From positions 1-64,000 of the IMG/VR virus record IMGVR_UViG_3300026292_000006: DNA of 64,000 nt; one strand, 5' to 3'. The position numbers and the translations under genes were made by a program. Within the stretch, counting starts at the first letter, position 1. The number at the start of each line of letters is the position of its first letter. Source of the stretch: a virus. Below the pieces are notes generated by a model. The model was not told the origin of the DNA. It did not search any database and worked only from the letters and a program-made list of their open reading frames with translations. This document shows positions 63,909 to 64,000 of this stretch, one piece after another.

Positions 63909-63999
63909 ATAATACATCATTTTCTACGCCACACAACGCATCGTGTGACACTTCCTTAACTGGCACACTGCCCCAATGTCGAATCACCCCTGATATAAT
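63909..63999. promoter_or_regulatory. Early promoter cassette copy 5; bidirectional
   Basis: Dyad GTGTGACACTT-CCTT-AACTGGCACAC (63943-63968) with TATTAT on the minus strand (63914-63909) and TATAAT on the plus strand (63994-63999). Confidence 0.65.
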
Positions 64000-64000
64000 A

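Overview
Segment of a T4-like marine cyanomyovirus genome (Prochlorococcus/Synechococcus phage type), with essentially all genes on the minus strand. Positions ~1-53.5 kb are a late virion and baseplate module. In transcription order it runs: NlpC/P60-like protein, 1190-aa unknown, PAAR-like protein, gp25, gp6, a giant 9580-aa gp7-like protein, YHYH protein, gp9/10-N/cupredoxin protein, a 616-aa protein, gp8, VrlC-like protein and a tail fibre truncated at the left edge, with several (A/C)TAAATA late promoters. Positions ~53.5-64 kb are an early/accessory region. It holds many small ORFs, an SF2 helicase, two 2OG-Fe(II) oxygenases, an MTase next to a PD-(D/E)XK nuclease-like gene, a repeated dyad + -10 promoter/terminator cassette, a structured leader RNA and a candidate origin with cyanobacterial-type DnaA boxes. 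The most striking observation is inside gp7. By manual parsing, 27 copies of a ~100-aa Cys/His beta-type domain are recursively inserted into each other's loops and close in balanced, last-opened-first-closed order, about 12 levels deep. That block in turn sits inside nested helical domains with a phycobiliprotein-like CxRD motif, which would give a branched, tree-like polypeptide. All calls come from reading the sequence; no database searches or folding programs were run.
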